A stretch of 64,000 bases of DNA, taken from assembly GCF_006345805.1 (NCBI RefSeq), contig NC_043004.1:3906001-3970000 (forward strand), written 5' to 3'. The stretch comes from Octopus sinensis. Lineage: Eukaryota. Below the pieces are notes generated by a model. That model did no database searches and was not told where the DNA came from. It saw nothing but the letters and a program-made list of their open reading frames with translations. Shown here one piece after another: positions 26,191-39,237 of the stretch (position 1 is its first letter; each line of letters begins with the position of its first letter). A program made the position numbers and the translations under genes.

Positions 26191-27109
26191 TGTGTGTATG
26201 TGTGCGTAAGAGAATAAAGGTATAACCTGGGAGACACAACTGGTATCAGGCCAGATTATGACATATATTTAAACACTGACAAAATATGAGGATGGAGCTG
26301 AATGTTAGAGGAGTTTAGATCACAAGAGGTCAATAGAAGATCGGTTGAGGAATGCTTATACTGGTTAAAGTACATGCTAGTGTCTTCTGGGAAATTCCGA
26401 ATTATTGATATTAGGAAAAACCGGTCATCGCAGGTAGAGTTCGAAACAGGATGAGCAGAAGGAAGACGGACAAATAGACTCTTAGATGCGTCCATGGTGT
26501 ACTTCTCTGCAATCGATCGACAGCCAACGTTACTGTTGTAGCAATCTATTCCATCATTGGAGGAAGAATGGAATAAAGTCTTAATAGGAGGCAAAAGTAT
26601 ACTCGCAGTGGGAGGTGTTGCTCGCATATTTGTAAGCCTGTTCGTTCGATTCCTGGACTAGGCAATGCGTTCTGTCCTTGAGCAAGACACTCCATTTCGC
26701 GTTGCTTCAGCCCCCTCTATTTTCAAAATTTAATAGAATTTACAGGCAGAATTTAACTTTTATTATGAACGCCTTTTTTCAAACAGATTACCACTCTGAG
26801 CCAGGAACTGTTCTTAACGCCAAACAATGGAATCGCAATCATCAAGAGACACTTTGTTCGGTATTTGTGTGCATTCTCGTTCCTTGGTTGCCCTCCATTC
26901 GTCGACTGCTTCCAGTATTGTACAGAAGACTTTATCCTTTATGTATCCACTTTAAAAATCTAGTCATGTAAAATTCGGTGCTGAATGCCGAGAGAATTCT
27001 ACTGAAAGATCTTTGTTCAGTTCACCTTTTTAACAAAATATCGTCAATGTAGGACCTTACATTACTATGGTAGTATGAGGAATGCCTCATATTGCTGGAA
27101 GTAAATATT

Positions 27110-27667
27110 TTACTGTAGCTTATCATCCCGAACGATCTTTGTTGTTGTGAAGTGTGCATCTTATAAACGTCTTGCCAAGTACCACTCGCAAAATTCCACC
27201 CTTCGATCATGGTCGTCTTTATTGAGAGCATTGACTATTCTTGGAATGTAACTTTTCCAACTGCATTGGTTCAAAATTCGAAGGACGCGTAATTTTGAAA
27301 TTCCTGTCTCACGACTCGCTTGCTGCAGGGATTTTCTTCAACTCCAGCAAGATGTTTCTTGCATCCTTTCTTACTTTGTGGGAATTGCAGAAGTCTGTGG
27401 TTTTCCAGAACTTTTCTCGGGTGCATTCTGAGCACGTCCATCTGCTTCCGACTTCTCTCTAATTCGAATGATGGTCGGCCTATCTGTTTGAAACTTCCTC
27501 TTAAACTGCCTTTGTTCTTCGACTGCATTCTCAAACTTCTAGTAGCACACTTTGTTTAAAGCTTTGTGTCTGACTCTCTTTATTACTTCTAAAGAGTTAA
27601 ATCTAAAAGAAAAGGAAAACTGGGTTAATACCTGTTAAAGTGTGTATTCATTTATTTGGAAATCGTG
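27110..27667 (-). mobile_element. Tc1/mariner-superfamily transposon 5' part (DUF4817-type HTH transposase), degraded
   Basis: ENAVEEQRQFKRKF...IRIREK...[13 protein letters not shown]...[27 protein letters not shown]; TIR-like end at 27637-27667 followed by TA. Confidence 0.75.
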
Positions 27668-27671
27668 TATG

Positions 27672-27723
<52 letters not shown>

Positions 27724-27730
27724 ATATATA

Positions 27731-27950
27731 GTAAATCCAACAAAGAACAGACACAAAAAAATCACGGCAACGCGAGGACGTGATACATGTAAAGTATTAG
27801 CAAACGCTCAGGGAAGGCAAGAAAGATGGTTTAACGTTTCGAGCAGACGGTCTTCTTCGGATACAGAGTATAGTCCAATAGAAGGGAAGACGGAGGAAGA
27901 TCGCCAACGATTCACATGTGGTTACATTTTGAAAAAATATATATATTGTG
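27731..27950 (-). mobile_element. Third, more degenerate copy of the hammerhead-like element family
   Basis: CCGAAGA-A-GACCGTCTGCTC-GAAA-CGTT...AGCG-TT; shares CACGTCCTCGCGT with the 19081-19254 copy; ends in (TA)n. Confidence 0.5.
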
Positions 27951-27954
27951 AGAA

Positions 27955-27985
<31 letters not shown>

Positions 27986-28347
27986 AGAGAGTTGAACAAA
28001 TGCCATAAAACAAGAGAAAGAGTACTTCGTATTTAAATTCAAATTGACATAAAACATGGAATTAGTGAAAGCCTTAAGGAAATATCAGATAATCTCCAGT
28101 GAAAGGTGCCATCGGGCTGAAAATGGTTAGACATATCACGATCTGACCTCAACAACTCCATGTCTGAAGAAATTCGGTCTATTTCTGATGTACACTAAAC
28201 ACCAAATAAAGGATGGTAAAAAAAATTATATTTTGGTTAAATGTGAAGCAAAGTGAAGAGGAATAATTTGGAAGGGGATGGATCTGAGAGACAGAATTAG
28301 CTGTTTGGGTCTGTTTTTGCGAGATTAACTGAAAAGTATAACATGAA

Positions 28348-28653
28348 ATGTTGTTGTATTTAGAAATGGTCATTTTGCCAGTTTAGCCAATAAAAACACA
28401 CGCACTATATATTTGGTGTTAATTTGCTTCAGCGTTATTTATTTTTTACATTAATCTTAATCTTATTTCGGCCAGAGTTCTTTCGTCACACTTCTTTGAC
28501 CTCATCAGTGGTCCTTTGCTTTCTTCTTTCTTATTTGTGTGTTTCACCTTACTAACGGTCAGCCATTTTGTAATTTGTATTCCTATTGTATATGTCTTCA
28601 TTTGCGCATATTGGCTAAACTGGCAAAATGACCATTCCTAAATACAACAACAT
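28348..28653. mobile_element. Foldback (45-bp arms) enclosing a canonical hammerhead core
   Basis: 28348-28392 vs 28609-28653 inverted, 1 mismatch; minus 28462-28508 reads CTGATGA-GGTCA...TGGCC-GAAA. Confidence 0.65.
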
Positions 28654-29761
28654 CTGTTTCAACACACGATTTCACATCAAGAATCTTACAAAACAAATAT
28701 ATAAACGTAATATATCATGAGAGTTGAAACGGAAGTGGGGGGTGATTGAAGGAATTATTAAAAATTTTGAAATAGCATCAAGTAATGCGAGAAAATACAA
28801 CAAATATATAAAATATATACACCCAATATATTCAAAATATAAACAATATCTCTAAATTTTGAAAATATTAGAATTGAATTGAATAAAATTGAAAGTGATA
28901 TTCATAAAAATTTCATCAAAAATATTTTATGACAAATAAAATGATAGATTTATACAAATGATGGATTTGCTTTCATTTTACCCTAATATGGCGCAATTAA
29001 TTTTATATTGGTCTAATACACCAAATGAGACAAGTTGCTTCTGTAGAAACAAATGACGGGTCCAGTCAATGGGTTCGTTTGACGGAATGTGGTGGAGGCT
29101 TGAAACGTTGTATGATTGTATGTAGTAGACACCTTATGAAATTTATTTCCCTCCGTGGTCTTTGGTTTATACTGTAATGGCGTTTTAGCTACATCAAAGG
29201 GCGTCAATGACCACTGCCAAGGTAGACTACGGAAAGGCATTGCTCAGACTTTCAAATCTTGGCCTAAATTCACAACAAAAGTCAGTTTGATCGAAGACCA
29301 AATTTGACAGTTTGTCGCAAGGAGAGAGAGAGAGAGGGGGAGTGTGTGTGGTGTGTGTGTGTGTATGTATGTGTGTGTGTGTGTGAGCAGCGAAATTTTG
29401 CCAATCATTCGTTTACTACCATAGAAACCAGAACAGTCGGTTAATCAGATTAAGAGTAACGTGTGTAACTTGGAGCGCTCGGATGGAACCATGATGTGTG
29501 AAAGAAAAGACTTCGTTGATCTAATTTCGAATTTCACTTGCATCCATTCATTTTTCCTTTGAGCTGCTAAAATCCCGAATGACACATAATGACTCATAAT
29601 GACACACAATGACAGATAATGATTTATGTAGTTTTATATATAGTTTTAAGCGATCGGCCATCATTAGTCTTTTGGTTTGGGCCAAGAATTTTATAAGGAA
29701 GGCGAAACGCCACATTCTAATATTTGTGTCAAATTAGTTAACGGTAAATAACTGAAACGAA

Positions 29762-29992
29762 GGCGGCGAGCTGGCAGAAACGTTAGCACACCGGGCGAAA
29801 TGCGTAGCCGTATTTTGTCTGCCGTTACGTTCTGAGTTCAAATTCTGCCGAGGTCGACTTTGCCTTTCATCCTTTCGGGGTCGATAAATTAAGTACCAGT
29901 TACGCACTGGGGTCGATGTAATCGACTTAATCCGTTTGTCTGTCCTTCTTTGTCCTCTCTGTGTTTAGCCCCTTGTGGGTAGTAAAGAAATA
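29762..29992 (+). mobile_element. SINE-B full length with Tx1-like tail and 19-bp TSD
   Basis: Identical GGTAAATAACTGAAACGAA at 29743-29761 and 29993-30011. Confidence 0.95.
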
Positions 29993-30333
29993 GGTAAATA
30001 ACTGAAACGAAACAGTTCCAAGGAAATTTACCACCGTGCCATACGTCACTCCCTAATAAAATTAACGAAATTGGAAGGTATGAAGTTTAGATGTTGTCGA
30101 AGATATCAGCTGTGAGATTCAAGTGAAAACTATCCGAAAGAGGATTAAAGTCGGGTCATGGCTTCGTCTCTTGGTCGACATCACAATTTCTATTCCATGC
30201 TTCTAAAAAAAAAAAAAACTCGGTCACATTGATTAACCAATGATGAGTAATTCTGATGGCAGTCGAAGACGCAGTTGATTGTTCACTTTGACGTGAAGCA
30301 AAATAAATATTTATTTACGTGCGCGCATGCACG

Positions 30334-30376
<43 letters not shown>

Positions 30377-30807
30377 CACACACACACACACACGCATATA
30401 TTATGGGATAAATGTTTGTCGTTCATATAATATAAAATAAGACGAAGCTTATGAAATGAGAATCGAGAGACAAACATTTTTTTCAGCTCAGCTAATCGAT
30501 TTCAACAATGAAAAGAAATGCTGAAAGCAAAGCTAAAAAAAAAAATAGTAATAATAAGCGCTCCTTTATGGCTTCTAATATAGAACTAAATATGATAATA
30601 GAAAAAAAAACAACAAAAACAAACGCCATAACGTTGTCATGTGCTTTTAAATTTTTACATATTCCAAGTTGAAACAATGATAATATCTATTATTAAAATA
30701 CAACAGTGTTAGAAGCGTTGATGTAGTCGATTGTTTTGTTAAATAAAAAGATAATACCAGCGAGGATTAAGTTAATGGGCTGATCAATATTATATTTACT
30801 GTTGTAA

Positions 30808-30990
30808 GGTGGTGAGCACGCCAGGCGAAATGCTGAGCAGTAATTGGTCCATCTTTACATTCTGAGTTCAAATTCCGCCGAGGGCGTCTTTGCCACTTAT
30901 CCTTTTGGGCCGATGAAATAAGTACCAGATGAGTACGAGAATCCTTGTAATCGACTGACTCCCCCCCACTCGAGCCTCAAAATTTGAAAC
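30808..30990 (+). mobile_element. SINE-B with deleted A-box region and 23-bp TSD
   Basis: CAATA(T/A)TATATTTACTGTTGTAA at 30785-30807 and 30991-31013; head shortened between two AGC motifs. An older B copy follows at ~31030-31210. Confidence 0.8.
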
Positions 30991-31439
30991 CAATAATATA
31001 TTTACTGTTGTAAAACACTAGTTTTGAAAAAATATTAGCGCGTCGAACAAAATGCATTCCGGCTCTTTATGGTCTGAAATCAAATCCTGCCCGGGTCAAC
31101 TTTACCATTTATCTTCCCGAGGTTGATATAATGAAGTATTTGTCACATACTGACATAGACTTAATCGATTAAATCCCCGCTTCATAATTTTGTCCTTATT
31201 CCCATGTATGAATTTGTCATTCTTATTATTTAGCACTGGGCCCTGCAGTTGTGCTACCTTCGTGCAGGTCGTAATAGGGCACTGTTTGGAAATCTAGTCG
31301 GTCCCGGTATAGAACAACAAACATTTATTTTTAACTAATTCCATTTTATATTTTGTCGCAGTAAGATATAACGGGAGTGTATAGTGAAATGGTCATTACG
31401 AACTGGTCCTCTTTCAGAAAAACTAGGCAGTGACGATCA

Positions 31440-32610
31440 GCCTGCTCACACCCAGATGTTTTCAGAAGATCCCCGGCCTCATCCACACATGTTGGGGTAG
31501 AAATCAAATGGGTTAGGTGCTACTCATGCGATTGCATCAACCGTCAGAAAGCTTTTTTGTCCTAAGACCGAAACGGCTTTGCTGAAACCACACTGCTGCA
31601 AGAATGCCGATCGAAACGAGAAGAACAGGAACAGCAACATCAGCAGCATCATCAACGAGAGCAACAACATCAAGAATAGACTCAGCAGAGGGAAAGAAAA
31701 CCATAGCTAGGGCAGCGAAAAGGTTTCTTACCACAGCCCGAGAAAGAGGAAGCTTTCCAAAAGTGTCCTTCTCCCACATCAACGGACGAAAATAAACACA
31801 GAGACACATATATGCACCTAATCAGCCCTCATCATCGCAATTGGTGATTGGTTACACGTTTGGATTGTGTGGGGTTGACTGATAGAAAAGAGGTATGCCA
31901 AGGCCCGGAAAAGCTGCTCAGATGTTTCTAACTGTCTTATAGGTGGCGACTAAATTTCTCAAATGTGCCAATGTGGACATGGACAAACCGTATCTGGTCA
32001 TCTAGATTGTATCTAAAGTATTTTGTAGTCCAGAATATAAGAATACTGTAGGTTATTCACAATTTGAGATCATCGGTTACAGAGACTAATGCAGGGATCC
32101 GATAACTGAAAGCTTACATAGACCGGACAAGCGAATTAGACAAGCGACTGCAGGTGTTGATGCGGACAATCGTCCTCAAAGCGCGATTAGAGTAGGTTAT
32201 AGCGATGGAGGAAACCCTAGTAAAAACTAACTCTAGTAAAAACTAAATAAAGCTTAGGAAAGGAATCGTAAGTGACGTACTCGGAGCGAGATTGGCGCAC
32301 CATTCCAAACTGTTCACTTTATGCGATACACCAAAGGGAGGTAAACAACCAGACATAAGTGAGGCCCTGATTAATTGAATGCTTTCGATAGGGATCGACT
32401 ACCAATACTTGGCGGTTGTCCTCTTGACACCCCGCAAGAACTACGTCATCGTCATAGTATCGGGTGCTGAGTACATCGAGGGGATCGGCATTGAAGAGAG
32501 TACTGGTACTCACTTCAATGATCTGAAGAAATTAGTCCTCGACGAGATTTTAAACGCAAAGCAACCTAAGATATTGTGCCTCGTTGAGAATTTCATAATG
32601 TTTCGTATTA
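31440..32610 (+). mobile_element. Degraded gag/ORF1-like fragments of a non-LTR retroelement
   Basis: GC-richer block; RCYSC motif followed by a Q/E-rich frame with stops (QECRSKREEQEQQHQQHHQREQQ); no intact ORF. Confidence 0.3.
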
Positions 32611-32629
32611 CCAAATGTTGATATCTGAT

Positions 32630-33065
32630 GTTCTTTTCTACTCTATGTGCAAGGCCCGAAATTTGGGGGGAGGGGGTCAGCCGATTAGATCGACCCCAGT
32701 ACGCAACTGGTACTTAATTTATCGGTCCCGAAAAGATGAAAGGCAAAGTCGACCTCGGTGGAATTTGAACTCAGGACATAAAGACAGACGAAATACCTAT
32801 TTCTTTACTACCCACAAGGGACTAAACACAGAGAGGACAAACAAGGACAGACAAACGGATTAAGTCGATTATATCGACCCCAGTGCGTAGCTGGTACTTA
32901 ATTTATCGACCCCAGTGCGTAGCTGGTGCTTAATTTATCGACCCCGAAAGGATGAAAGGCAAAGTCGACCTCGGCGGAATTTGAACTCAGAACGTAGCAG
33001 CAGACGAAATACCGATAAGTATTTCGCCCGGCGTCCTAACGATTCTACCAGCTCGCCGCTTTATC
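32630..33065 (-). mobile_element. SINE-B heterodimer within one 10-bp TSD
   Basis: Unit 1 33065-32798 (Tx1-like tail, 32-bp internal tandem duplication); unit 2 32797-32630 starts GGTATTTCGTC and has a different tail; GATATCTGAT at 32620-32629 and 33066-33075. Confidence 0.9.
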
Positions 33066-33089
33066 GATATCTGATATTAGCACAAAACT

Positions 33090-33810
33090 AAACACGATGG
33101 AAGACAAAGTGATTCCAGGGGGATTTGAACAGAAGATGCGATGAAGTACCACAAGGTATTTTGTTAATCGCTTTACTGATTCTTCCAATTCTCCCCACCA
33201 AATATTGAATTCAAATTTTGACACGAGGCCAGTAATTTCGGGGAAGGGGTAAGTTGATTACATCGATCCCAGTGTTCAACTGGTACATATTCTATCGACC
33301 CCTAAAAGATGAAAGGCGGACGAAACGCAGCTAAGCATTTTGCCCTGTGTGCTAACGATTCAGCCAGCTCGCCGCCTTGCTCCACCTCCACCCCCAAATA
33401 TTCATATTTAATAGAGACTGAAGGACCCCCATTTTGTGAGGAGGCGGTGGTCGATTAGATCAACTATACTCTATTGACCCCGGAAGAATGAAAAACAAAA
33501 TTTACATCGAACAGATTCGAATGCAGAAAGAACAGGTAGGAATCTGTTTTAAAGCGTTTTGTCCGTCACTCAACCGATTCTGTCAATCTCGTGCAGAAGA
33601 CACTTTATTTTTTCTTTTTCACCAATAGTTTAAATATTAGGTAAGGTATGTATCGATTATATGAATTCAATGCTTAATCGGTATTTTACATTACCTGTCC
33701 GAGAAAGATAAGACAAAATAGAAGTTAGCGTGATTTGAACTCGGAACTTAAATAAGCCATTAAATATTGCAATATACATTTGTCTGTCATTCTAGCGATT
33801 CTATCACTCT
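33090..33810 (-). mobile_element. Cluster of about four further SINE-B copies of differing divergence, all on minus
   Basis: Repeated (G)ATTTGAAC / ATTCGAAT B-box remnants near 33122, 33515 and 33733, plus a less diverged copy at 33200-33378 whose B-box region is deleted. Confidence 0.65.
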
Positions 33811-34410
33811 TCTGTACCCCCCCCCCACGCCCTCATCGCCCAGTGTATTACCAAAACTGCTCACGTTTCGCACAAAAGAAAACACACACATGGATATCAA
33901 ACCATTTTATTGACGTCGTTGGTTTGTTTCTCTGAACACAAAACAAATGTGATAAAACAGAATTTAACTTTAAAATAGTATTTTTTATTTGGTGAGTGAG
34001 GAAAAAAACGTGCTGCGATTACTATGCCTCATTGACGATAAATAACTGACTTTACCCTTCTAGTGCTGATTTCGTAACTATAACTGATGTTATTAGAAAA
34101 ATTTCTTTCAACTGACACACTATATGATCCTATATTTTCAAATTCCAGCCTAGAGTTTATCCTCCGCACGAGCAATCTATTTGGTGATAAAAAACAATAT
34201 TTGATATTTCAAAAAAATTTAAATTTCCCCCGTGTCTAAACGTTGTTTGAACAAAGGATATATATATTAAATATTAAATATTTTATATATCATATTATAT
34301 TATAGTAAATATGTATTATATATAAATTCTCTTAAGCACAATCATATAAATGTATGTATGCTTGTATGTATGTATGTATATATGTTTGTGTGTGTGTATG
34401 TATGTATGTA

Positions 34411-34454
<44 letters not shown>

Positions 34455-34463
<9 letters not shown>

Positions 34464-34557
34464 GCGTGCGTAGGTATGACGAATACCTATATATATATAT
34501 ATATATATACACATATGTATGTATATATTCGTATAGCATTTAAAAATGTAATACAAT

Positions 34558-34602
<45 letters not shown>

Positions 34603-34712
34603 GCGTGCGTAGGTATGACGAATACCTATATATATATATATATATACACACATATGTATGTATATATTCGTATAGCATTTAAAAATGTAATACAATATAT
34701 ATATATAATATT
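34455..34712. repeat. Tandem duplication with 139-bp period between (TA)n runs
   Basis: TATGCGTGCGTAGGTATGACGAATACC at 34461 and 34600; non-TA parts are identical. Confidence 0.85.
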
Positions 34713-35529
34713 ATATTATATTATATTTAATCATATATTTTTATATATTGCCTGTAGTTTATAAATGCTTTATTTTTCGCAGAAATCAATGGAAAACTTT
34801 GGGTTGTATACATTAAAGAGTACTTACCTGTCTTTTAACATAAATGGTTTTAAACCAATTCGAAAGATAACGCACTTTTATCACAGAATATGGCCTTATT
34901 GAAAGAAAAACGAAAAGCATGAAGGCAAACATAGAAAAATCTAAAATCATGCTCTGTATGGTTGGTATATTATTATATATTTTCTATCATCATGCTAACA
35001 ATGAAATAGCAAAGCGTCTCTCGATCACCATCATCATTATTTTTTACTATTTATAACATTAATGCTGGATGAGTATTTATTAAGCAGAGTGTTACATTTT
35101 TCTGCATACACATTGATATATGATGCAGTTCTTTTTTGATATTATGTTTCTCTTGAACAGAAATCAATAACGATGAGACGTTAATTCTGTGGGTGGGAAA
35201 ATAAATGGATAAATTCGCCGACCCACCCAGATATCTCACCAGTATTCTTGTCACAGTTACAATGTGTTTATTTACTTCTTTGAAGAATTGAAAACCATAT
35301 AGACATATTTTTCGCTTTTTTTTAAATCTTAATAATAACTTTACTAGAGATTGTGGTTTAAACATTATTTACATAACAGATTTCCTTTGAACCAACAGAA
35401 AATTAACCCACGTCAATTAATATGAAGAACTATAAAGGTTGCAGTCAGATTTAACGGATAAAATATTTAATCAGAAGAAATTGAGAAAGCATTTATTTAG
35501 TCGTAAATAAAGCGGCAAATAAATATTCT

Positions 35530-35770
35530 ACGAGAAGGTAATTTAGGTAGGAGTAAAAACATGGAGGTAATTTAACTTTTAATACACGAGAAAACAATTT
35601 TGTCTGTAATTTAGAAGAAGGCAATTTAGCTCGCAGTACACGAGAAGGCAAGTTGTGCATGCAGTAAACGAGAAGACAATTCAGCTAGTTTTACAAAAGA
35701 AGGCAATTTAGATCGTTGTACCTCAGGATGTAATTCAGTTTGTAGTAGAGAAGACAATTTAGACTGTAGC
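35530..35770. repeat. Degenerate minisatellite, ~28-bp period, ~9 units
   Basis: Recurring (AC)GAGAAGGCAATTTAG core near 35530, 35560, 35587, 35615, 35640, 35668, 35696, 35724, 35747. Confidence 0.7.
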
Positions 35771-35816
35771 AAACTAAGAAAGTGTTACAGCTAAAAGTGA
35801 CCGAACTGGTGCTGTA

Positions 35817-36360
35817 GGAAAGGCATCGGACTGATGCCTTTACAGTGAAGGGATTAGTTGTGTGTCATAAAACATTAGATAGATGTCGTAGTGAAGTTAT
35901 TTGCTAGATATCATTGAGACGATGACATTGGACAGAAGCCATTGGGAAGGCGTTAGAAACTTATCATTGCGAAGGAATTATACAAGTATCAGAGGTGAGG
36001 TTGGCATTAGTCATATGTGACAGCGAAAGCACCCGGTACGTGTAATAGCGAAGGCATCAGGCATCACAGAGAAGTTATAATGTAAATGTCTTAAAGAAGA
36101 GATTAGACATATGTCATAATGAAAGTATCGTACAGATATCCTTGGAAAGACATTGATAGGTTACACGAAAGACATTTCTAGATGTCATGATGCAGGCATT
36201 AGGGATATGAAATGTGAAGTCATTAGAAGTACGACAATGGAAACATGAGATTTTTGTCTTAGTGAAAATATTAACCAGATACCATAGCGATAACACTAAG
36301 CAAATATGGTAAGGAAGGCATCTGATAAATGTCAAATGGGGATCATTGGGCAGATTACAA
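35817..36360. repeat. Highly degenerate minisatellite, ~25-bp period, ~20 units
   Basis: By-eye consensus GAAGGCATTAGACAGATGTCATAGT. Confidence 0.55.
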
Positions 36361-38975
36361 ATAAAACAGCATTAAATAGAGCTTTCAAAACCGTGAAGTA
36401 GCCGCTAAAAATTAAAAGTTTATTTACCAACTCAGCGTGGATTAAATCTTGAAAGGAACGGCATTTCTACTTTGGCATTTGTTGTACGAAGACGATCTGG
36501 TGCCAAAGGATTTAAATAAATTCACTGAATACGCTGAACCGAATAAGTATGTGTTGATAATGAAATTATGTTTACGGGCGCAAAACAATGATAAACATTG
36601 AAAACTAACATGTTTTTATTGATAATAAAACAAATATTTTTGCAGGTTTGTCTGAGAAATACGAATAGTGCCTGAGTAGTGGCTCAGGGGTAGCTCAGAG
36701 GTGCCTGAGTAGTGGCTCAGCAGTGGTTCAGTAAATTAGCGGTTCGGCAAAAGTTACCGATAGAGTAAGTATCAGGCTTTAAAAATAGGCACTGAGGTCT
36801 ATTTGTTCGATTAAGAAAAACCTTCAAGGCAGTTAGAATATAAGTCGACTCAATCAGGGCTGACTTGCTTCTAAAAGTCAACGGTGGCGATTGCGGGACT
36901 TTGTCGCTGCACAAACATCGCTCGCTAAAGTTGCAGGAATACGAAGTCATTAGTTTCGTTATTAACATTCTGGTTTATAGCTTACAAATTCGGTAGAACG
37001 ATAGAGAAGGTACATTGTATTATATAAACGTAACTTGCTTTGCGATCTGAGTTCGAACTCCGCCGAAGTTGACTTTGTCATTCATCCTTCCAGGGGGTAC
37101 TATTTAAGTCCTGAGCGCCATATAATGAACTGTTCCCATTGCTTCAAAAATTGTTCTGACTTTGACATCGGTTTATACATCATTCATACACATACTTATT
37201 ACATATGCCATTTATACACTATCTCTACGTCTTTCTATACAAGAAAACCTCATAGACATTCCACTTTTCCGAACTTTTAACTGCTTTGCTTCACTTCGCC
37301 CTAACGTCAATTAATGCAGTTAACTTTTCCGTTTCTACCGCCCTCATTGTGTCATACACTGTATGTCACATTCGAGAAACCAATGTATTCTTGTCTGTTA
37401 TTGGTTGGACACTCATCTCACTGACAGATGTTAATTGGTTGAGGCGAAGACTATTATTATTAATAATGAGACTGGAGAGAATCTAAAGTTCTTCTCTTCG
37501 AAAAAGTTTCGTTGCTATTGTTTCCAAAGTTCATTCTTCTCTAGCTTTGTAATCTATACACGACTTAAATTCCTTTTCAAACGCCATACAAAAGACGCCA
37601 GTTCTCACCGGACCGATTCCTTCATATGGATTCGATTCCTGATTTATCTGCTCCATTCATGTCAAATTTTCTTGGGGGAAAAATTCTCTGCTTCACCAAT
37701 TAACTGCTGGAGATGTACAAGTGTGTTGTATTAGGTTGCGGTGTTGGGTACAGCTCGTAGAGAGTGTCTTAGATGCTTTATGTTATCAAGTACTTCTCAG
37801 CGTTTAAATATTCGTTTCTGTTAATCAATGCATCCACTTATGGTAATACGCTTTGAAAAAATAGAAACGTCACACAACATTATTTCTGTTTCAAAATCAT
37901 TAATTAGGGGTTGAATTAAAATTACGATTTGTATAAATGAGTTGGACACGGAAAGATACTGGTCTTCAAAGATTATAATTTAGATAATATGATTAAGTAT
38001 GTTGATTCTTAGATCTGATGGGAAAGCATTTTCTCCCTAAACAGAGCCGTAGAGAGAAAAACGAAAGTACTTGGCGTGTCAATTTTATTTCAACGACCGG
38101 TCAGTATAGATGGGAATTCCGACTATTAAGGCATGTACATGAAAAACACTCATTTAAAGATCAGGAAATAACTTTCTCTCTCATACTTGACAGAATTTCA
38201 AAGGAATTCTGAGCACAATGAAACAACCTCTCAATTTTCATTCAAATCTTATAGAAAGCTAGTCTTATTTCCGAAGAACATACTTTCTTCTGCCCAAACA
38301 GAAACACTACTTAACGTATTTCCTTCTTTTTATGTTCTACAGCGACTTGCTGATCACATTCAAATGTTTATCCCGTCAAATTCCCGATCTTTTACAAACA
38401 TTGTTGAAACATGTCTTCTAGTTTTCATGTGCTATTTTCTCTGTCTTGTTTTATGTTCTTATCACCAGAAATGCTTCTCACACATTATATTTTAAATAAT
38501 TTCCACATTCTTGCTCCTATCTACATCCACAATTTTTTTTTAGCCATTAAAACATCATAGACAATCAAACCTTAAAATCGATTCACCCCCACCCCCATGA
38601 CCTATAACATTTAAAATATCGAATTTATTTACCGAGAATTCTTTATTTTGCATAAATAACGACCAAAGAAAATGTTAACATATTCGGTTGAGAAAAACTA
38701 CTTATGAACTCCCAACCATAGAATGATTCCGATATTTTAAAGAAAATTAAAGGTAATTCATTTCGCATACATAGAAGTTAATACCATTGCTATTAATTCG
38801 ATAAAAAAGAAATTAAATGACAATATTTGCACTTTCAGGAAATTACTCCGCTTATGAACCTTCCAAAAACTTATTGCTTATATTTATGTAAGTAATGCAA
38901 AATGGATTGATTTTAATTTTCGTTGTCTTCTTTCTTTTTTATGTCTTTTTTTTTTCTCAAACTTTCTTGTAAAAT

Positions 38976-39237
38976 TACGGCGATGTACTCGCATAGCAAG
39001 TAATTTTATCTGAGATCGTGTGCTGAAACGAAAACAATTGCAGCGTGGAAGGTGTTTATAAGCCATTTAAGAAACACACAAAAGCCGTTCGATTCGCGGA
39101 TTTTTGTCAGTGAACAGGTCGCGGATTTTAGCGACGAAAATATTTTGACAAATTAAACTTAAATGTTGAAGTGAATCGAACGGCTTTTGTGTGTTTCTTA
39201 AATGGCTTATAAACACCTTCCACGCTGCAATTGTGTT
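38976..39237. mobile_element. Asymmetric foldback element with a 12-bp flanking direct repeat
   Basis: Arms 39031-39095 / 39173-39237 (64 of 65 identical); TTCTTGTAAAAT at 38964-38975 and 39236-39247. Confidence 0.8.

Noticed and set aside
29441-29624. Enhancer suggested by a TAATCAGATTA homeodomain palindrome and a 10-bp repeat containing TGACTCA
   Set aside because: One or two such motifs are expected by chance in 64 kb of AT-rich DNA, and there is no supporting evidence.
34455-34712. Biological significance of the 139-bp tandem duplication
   Set aside because: Identical units bounded by (TA)n could be an assembly or slippage artefact; raw reads are needed.
35530-36360. CRISPR-like reading of the motif-plus-variable-spacer arrays
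   Set aside because: Repeats are degenerate, spacers are only ~10-13 nt, there are no cas genes, and the context is eukaryotic.
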